64,000 nucleotides of DNA from Stramenopiles sp. TOSAG23-2. Its lineage: Eukaryota. Numbering within the stretch: position 1 is the first letter of the stretch; each line of letters opens with the position of its first letter. The DNA is taken from assembly GCA_900128395.1 (NCBI GenBank), contig LT649236.1:1-64000 (forward strand), in the 5' to 3' direction. The notes beneath the pieces were generated by a model that worked only from the letters and a program-made list of their open reading frames with translations, was not told the DNA's origin and did no database searches. The translations under genes were made by a program, and so were the position numbers. This document shows positions 58,784 through 64,000 of this stretch, in pieces.

Positions 58784-59507
58784 GCTTCTTATTTTAATAT
58801 TGTTGTGTTAGAAATTCAAAACGTTTTTCTTCGATTCCACGTATACCTTTTTCTTTCTTGTATTTCCTTACTTTATTTTTTTTGATATTGAACTTTACGA
58901 TATATATATATATATATATCCCAAAATAAACTTTCTTTTGTATCGTTCTCTGTATGTCTCTCTCTCTCTCTCTGCCTCTTCTGTATCAAAAGCAATTCAT
59001 AAACTTCTTGAATCAAATCAATTTTCCTTTCTTTTGAAAAATATATTTAAATATGTAGTATTATTAAAACAAAATAGAAGAAAACAACCAACAACAAATT
59101 ATTTTAAACTGCCTGATGTGGCTATTTACTATTGACATAGCATTAGTGGAGATAGCTACCCAAATTTGAAAAAAAACCATCCACGGAAAAAGAGATGATG
59201 AAATTTTAGTTGGTTGTACTTTTAAGACGTTCAGTACTGTTTTAACTCCTATATATACTATAATAGCATATTCATAGGATTGATGATGATCCAGTTTTAT
59301 CTCTCGGTTTTGATATGAATGTGATGATCGATCATCGATGATGTAAAACTACTATTAGAACTGCAGTTGCAACTATTCAAAGAAATTAAAAATATTAATT
59401 TTATATACATATAATAATTTAGATAGATAGGTAGAAAGAGTTTATACAATGGTACATAGTGTATATGTAATAACATCATAAGAATAATAAATAACAAACA
59501 AAATACA

Positions 59508-59774
59508 ATGAGCGATGAAGTAGGAAAAACGGTACAAGCGCCTGGTACTCCAACTGCAGCGCAAAAAGAACAAAACAATCAACTCATGAAACAACAAGAA
59601 GCAAAAGCGAAAAGTAAGTTTGGGAATTTAAAAAAGAAAGGACCATTAAAAAACAGAAGTTATTTTGATTCAGCGGATCATTTTAGTGGCCAGAAAACTG
59701 GTAAAGTGCAAGCAAAAGATTTAAAATCACCTCAATTACAAGGTGTTGATGAAGAAGGTACAACTAAAAAATAA
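59508..59774 (+). CDS. endosulfine/ARPP-19 family phosphoprotein
   Basis: 88 aa with EAKAKSKFGNL and YFDSAD, the Greatwall/Rim15 target motif FDS(G/A)D. Confidence 0.85.
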   Translation: MSDEVGKTVQAPGTPTAAQKEQNNQLMKQQEAKAKSKFGNLKKKGPLKNRSYFDSADHFSGQKTGKVQAKDLKSPQLQGVDEEGTTKK

Positions 59775-60074
59775 AAATTTGTTGTGGAATGTATATCCAT
59801 ATGTGTATAATATAATATAACTATATATATTATTTAAATTAGTAATCTTTTATAAAAAAATGTATATTTTATTCATAAATTTGTTTTTTACTCCTCCAAA
59901 ACTTCAATATATTTTTTGGAAAATACCGAAAACGTACGAACGAGGGAAGAAAACCAAAAAAATAGTTTACTATACACGAAGTCATATAAAGTACACAGTA
60001 AATATTGTTTTAAATAAAATTATAAATTTTCCTCTTTCTACGCGTAACATCATCTTGGTCTTCAAAAATAATTT

Positions 60075-62744
60075 TTACACACCGTTTACTTTATATCCTT
60101 CATCTTTACAATCCAATATTAAAATATATGGTGCATTTGCATTTTGCCAAGAACTGACGACTAATTTATATTCTCCCTCACGAATTTCATGATCACTTTC
60201 ACAATATGCATAGCCATGTCGATAATTACCACTTGTTAAAATTTCTTTCATATTATTTTTTTTATCATATAAGCTAATACTAATAGCAATTTCCTTCGGT
60301 GCTTGTAATTGTATACGCATGATAGTTGATACAACTATTTGTATGTTGTAAGAATTTCCTTTCACACTAGTACTTGACATTTGTGTTTTTGTCTTATCTA
60401 ATTCATCTCTATTTGCACCACCTTTCCATTCTCCTTTTATTTTACGTTCATTTGTTGCACTTCCTAAGGTAATTGGAATTTGTTTCATTTTAAACGGTAC
60501 AGTACTAAATGTGCATAATGAAAATGTCATATCCCGTGTTTTTTCATATTGCGATATAACAATGGTATATAATTTATTTGAACCAACTCCATTTGGCACA
60601 TCAAATCGTACTAAATAATTTGGATTGTTGGAATATGTACCATGAACCATCGGTTTGCCTGGATAAAATATACGTTTTAAAAATTTATTATCTTCAAAAA
60701 TATGTAACGTTATATATTCAGCATGAAAGACATCTTTACGATTCAATGCATGTCTACATAGTAAGATCCATACGCTAGCAGCTTTGCTCCTATTGCCATC
60801 TCCGCCAGGTGGAATGTTAATACTCAATGCATATTGTGGATTATATGCACAACTATATTTATCATTTTTAGGACCTTGCTTTTTTGGCCATGCGCCATGA
60901 AGTGTCTTGTTAAATTTAAACAAATTACGTTTCCAATTTAAAAAAATGGTATCATAATATTTCAACAATGATCCATAATCAATCCAAAAAATACCATTAT
61001 CCATTTGCATATGACCAACTTGATCATATGACAATGCTTTACGTAATTTTGGTGTCCAATTTTTCGTATCTTCAGGACAAAATGGGCCTTTCCAACGCAC
61101 ATGTGCCCATGGATTTTTTACAAGTAACAATTTATATCCATGCACTTCCTTAGCATCTAGAACAGCATATGCATGGCCAGTTACTAATCCAATTCGATCC
61201 GCTTCAGCCTTTGTCATGGAATCGCCAGTTGCAACGGTAATTAAACAATCACCATATTTATGTGCATGGACTAACCTAGTCCACGTTCTATCTTTATCAA
61301 ACGTCTCCGTTTTCCGTACATGAAAACTTTCAGGTATCCACCCAGTCAATGAGAATAAATCAATACCTGAATTGGATCCGTCAAATTCATAACCACCATT
61401 TAATTTCATATATGCTTTTTCAATAATACTAACCCATAATTCATTTGGATTCGTACTATTACTACATAGTGGTTTCATTCTTTTATCGACAGGAAAGCGA
61501 TCGTCTACAATTACTTTACGCGCAACACCATTGTACCATAATTTAACCATATATTTACCACATGGATTATATACAGGTTGTCCACGTCTATTTTGGGGAT
61601 ATATAATATTAGTAATTAAACGTTTGCGAAACCTACGTTCATAACTAGCTGCTATACATAATGAACTTACGAAGGAACAATCTTCAATGACACTTTGTTT
61701 AATACAATATGGTGAGATCAATGATATCATGCATGGTTCATCTGCAAATTGATTTGGTCGTGCCCATTTATGGAAATGTTTCTTTTGCGAATTCGATAAT
61801 GCCAATAAACCATCTGGATCTTTAAATGGTTCTGGAAATGCAAACTTTTCATTTAAATCTAAATCTAACCATGGTTGAAAGATTCTACCATTTATTCGTG
61901 ATGATCGTTTTAAAGCTGCAATTTCTGATGGTGATAATCTATTTCCAGATGATGGTTTTCTGATATTGATATTGGACGTAGGAACTTGTGGTAATGTTGG
62001 TACATTCTTTTTATTATTGTTTGATGATTTTTCATTTGATGTGTATGGTGGTGGGGGTGGTTGTGGTGATTGCGATTTTTCATTTTTCTTATTGTCATCA
62101 GCATTATTATTATTATTATTATTATTATATTTTTTTTCATAATTATTATTATTATTTTTCTTATTATCCATTTCTTCTTTAATTTTCTCTGCACGTGATA
62201 ATATCCCAGACAATCTTGTACTATATTTTCTACGATCGTTTTCATTACCTTTCGACAATTTTATAGCATCTAAATAAAATGAAGCAGCTTGTTGGTACAA
62301 TTGTAGTGCATTTTCTGTATAATTACCTTGTTCATCTTCAGCTAATGCACTTTCTAGATAAAAGTCTGCCGTGCGTACTACACGTGTTAAATTTTGGATT
62401 TTTCCACTATTATTATTATCATCATCATTATCATTATTATTCTTACGTTTTTGTGCATTTGCTAATGTATTTAAATCTGTAATATCTTGCACAAATTCAA
62501 TCGTTTTTGATTTTAACAATTCTATTTTACGACCATCTTTTTCTAATTCAGATATTTCTAAAAATATCTGTACACTTTCTTTTAATAATTCACATGCTTG
62601 ATAATATTTATGTTTTTTTTTTAATTGATTGGATTTTTCTGCACAATCAAATGCAGTGGTATATAAATATTTCAATCGTTTCGATGGGGATGAAATATCA
62701 TTTGGTATACCATCATTGTTATTTTCATTTGAAAACGTCGCCAT
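60075..62744 (-). CDS. CAPN7: calpain-7/PalB-like protease with tandem MIT domains
   Basis: Two N-terminal MIT-like helical blocks; catalytic triad motifs QSVIEDCSF, GHAYAVLD and KNPW; domain III NPQY. Confidence 0.92.
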   Translation of the reverse strand: MATFSNENNNDGIPNDISSPSKRLKYLYTTAFDCAEKSNQLKKKHKYYQACELLKESVQIFLEISELEKDGRKIELLKSKTIEFVQDITDLNTLANAQKRKNNNDNDDDNNNSGKIQNLTRVVRTADFYLESALAEDEQGNYTENALQLYQQAASFYLDAIKLSKGNENDRRKYSTRLSGILSRAEKIKEEMDNKKNNNNNYEKKYNNNNNNNNADDNKKNEKSQSPQPPPPPYTSNEKSSNNNKKNVPTLPQVPTSNINIRKPSSGNRLSPSEIAALKRSSRINGRIFQPWLDLDLNEKFAFPEPFKDPDGLLALSNSQKKHFHKWARPNQFADEPCMISLISPYCIKQSVIEDCSFVSSLCIAASYERRFRKRLITNIIYPQNRRGQPVYNPCGKYMVKLWYNGVARKVIVDDRFPVDKRMKPLCSNSTNPNELWVSIIEKAYMKLNGGYEFDGSNSGIDLFSLTGWIPESFHVRKTETFDKDRTWTRLVHAHKYGDCLITVATGDSMTKAEADRIGLVTGHAYAVLDAKEVHGYKLLLVKNPWAHVRWKGPFCPEDTKNWTPKLRKALSYDQVGHMQMDNGIFWIDYGSLLKYYDTIFLNWKRNLFKFNKTLHGAWPKKQGPKNDKYSCAYNPQYALSINIPPGGDGNRSKAASVWILLCRHALNRKDVFHAEYITLHIFEDNKFLKRIFYPGKPMVHGTYSNNPNYLVRFDVPNGVGSNKLYTIVISQYEKTRDMTFSLCTFSTVPFKMKQIPITLGSATNERKIKGEWKGGANRDELDKTKTQMSSTSVKGNSYNIQIVVSTIMRIQLQAPKEIAISISLYDKKNNMKEILTSGNYRHGYAYCESDHEIREGEYKLVVSSWQNANAPYILILDCKDEGYKVNGV

Positions 62745-62865
62745 GTTTGAGGCAGGAATAACAAAGGTGATTGTTGTAGTTGCTTCAGAAATGTATACAT
62801 CTTTCTTTTGTTCTTCTTCAATCGGTAATAATACACTGTATAATAAATGTTTTTTTTTTTTTTAG

Positions 62866-63144
62866 TTAGCAATAATAGTGTTCTAAATGCATAATGTGAA
62901 TGATGGACTTTCCTCCACCATCACCACAGCAGCAGCAGCAGAGTAGGTGCACATCACTAAAATCACGGAGACGACAAAAATGTTGATCAATCTTTGAAAT
63001 CATCATCCGTGCATCCGTGTCTGGTGCTCTGTCCGTGTGGAAAATCGCTGGCGGGCTGGTCAAAAGCAGAAGGTGCGCAGCTGGTTTATATAATGCTGTG
63101 TGCTTGTATTTTGATTTATATGGTGGTACTGTAGTGCTATTCAT
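62866..63144 (-). CDS. possible small ORF (92 aa) just upstream of calpain-7
   Basis: ATG-started, locally higher GC, contains a (TGC)5 run; no recognised family. Confidence 0.25.
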   Translation of the reverse strand: MNSTTVPPYKSKYKHTALYKPAAHLLLLTSPPAIFHTDRAPDTDARMMISKIDQHFCRLRDFSDVHLLCCCCCGDGGGKSIIHIMHLEHYYC

Positions 63145-64000
63145 TCTTTATTCGTTCTATATATGAAGACTTTTTTTAAGAAGTGTGGATTTTTCCATTT
63201 AAACCGGCACACTATTGGAACTATTGATTTTTTACTGATTTAGTATATACACAGCATGTAGCATACAGACACCATTAAACAAAATGAAGAAGATGTTTTA
63301 AAAGGATTTATAAAAAGGAGGGGAGATTTGACATCATTACAAATACCATTGTGCAAAGAACGATACAAAAAACATGTAATATATATATTAATAAATGTAA
63401 GATATATATATCTATACACACACAACATCAAACAATTTAATAGAATATACAAATCTTATCAATTGGAAGATATATATATATATATAGAATATTATATTAT
63501 ATTATATCGTAGAATTGATTCGACAGATAGGTGAAATTTCCTAGATTAATCAATGTGGTATCAATCTCCTAAAAGAATAAATCTAACTTGTAAAAGTATA
63601 AGATGATCTTCAAATAATATTATATAAATAATATATTGTTTTATAAATTGTAAATTGTTAAGTTATAGAACTTATACAACTATATAACTCTCTTTTCTCA
63701 TGTACTATTCATGAATGTATGTAATTTGTTTGTATATTTACCAAATTGAATGATTTATAACGGCATTTCATCCAATTTATGGTATTTTAATGCTGTGAAT
63801 ATGGTATCGCAACATTGTGCCTTTTGTTCTCTTTGTTTTATTTAGGTACAATATTGTATTGTTAGAGGTACAGGTATTATATAATCCTCATAGCAGCCAT
63901 ACAATATTGTAAGAGGTATAATCCTCATAGCAGCCATATATAGACATATAACATATATAGACACTCTATGTTTCCATCTGTTTTTTTGAACACACAGAAA

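Noticed and set aside
59280..59345. Box C/D snoRNA suggested by TGATGA words and the palindrome gatgatcgatcatc
   Set aside because: No properly placed CTGA box D or terminal stem, and no recognisable rRNA guide.
63160..63534. Coding-like fragments near the window end
   Set aside because: Multiple stops, no consistent start or splice model, no motif.

Overview
AT-rich, gene-dense, intron-poor eukaryotic nuclear DNA from a flagellated protist. A stramenopile is plausible but is only inferred from gene content and style. About 20 protein-coding genes, mostly single-exon. Recognisable genes: IFT140, an MFS sugar porter, a CABIN1/Hir3-like histone chaperone, an LRR protein, an ERICH3-N-like protein, a HAD hydrolase, a START-like protein split by a perfect tandem duplication, a bacterial-type NAD-dependent epimerase with an intron, a CBL/NCS EF-hand protein, a prominin-like protein, XRN1, tectonic, endosulfine/ARPP19 and calpain-7. 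Four short spliceosomal introns (83-102 nt, all GTAAGT...CTAAC...AG) can be placed by hand, and three of them demonstrably rejoin split reading frames. The most unusual non-coding features are: (i) a ~3.5 kb gene-free island (10640-14151) with four unrelated, slightly diverged tandem dimers, a 20-bp inverted repeat and an apparent C-to-G skew switch, a candidate centromere or replication origin; (ii) TACGA..TCGTA palindromes recurring in tail-to-tail intergenic spacers, against CCAGG/AGCT-rich motifs in head-to-head spacers. No rRNA, tRNA, CRISPR array or intact transposase was recognised. All homology calls come from motif recognition by eye; no searches were run.
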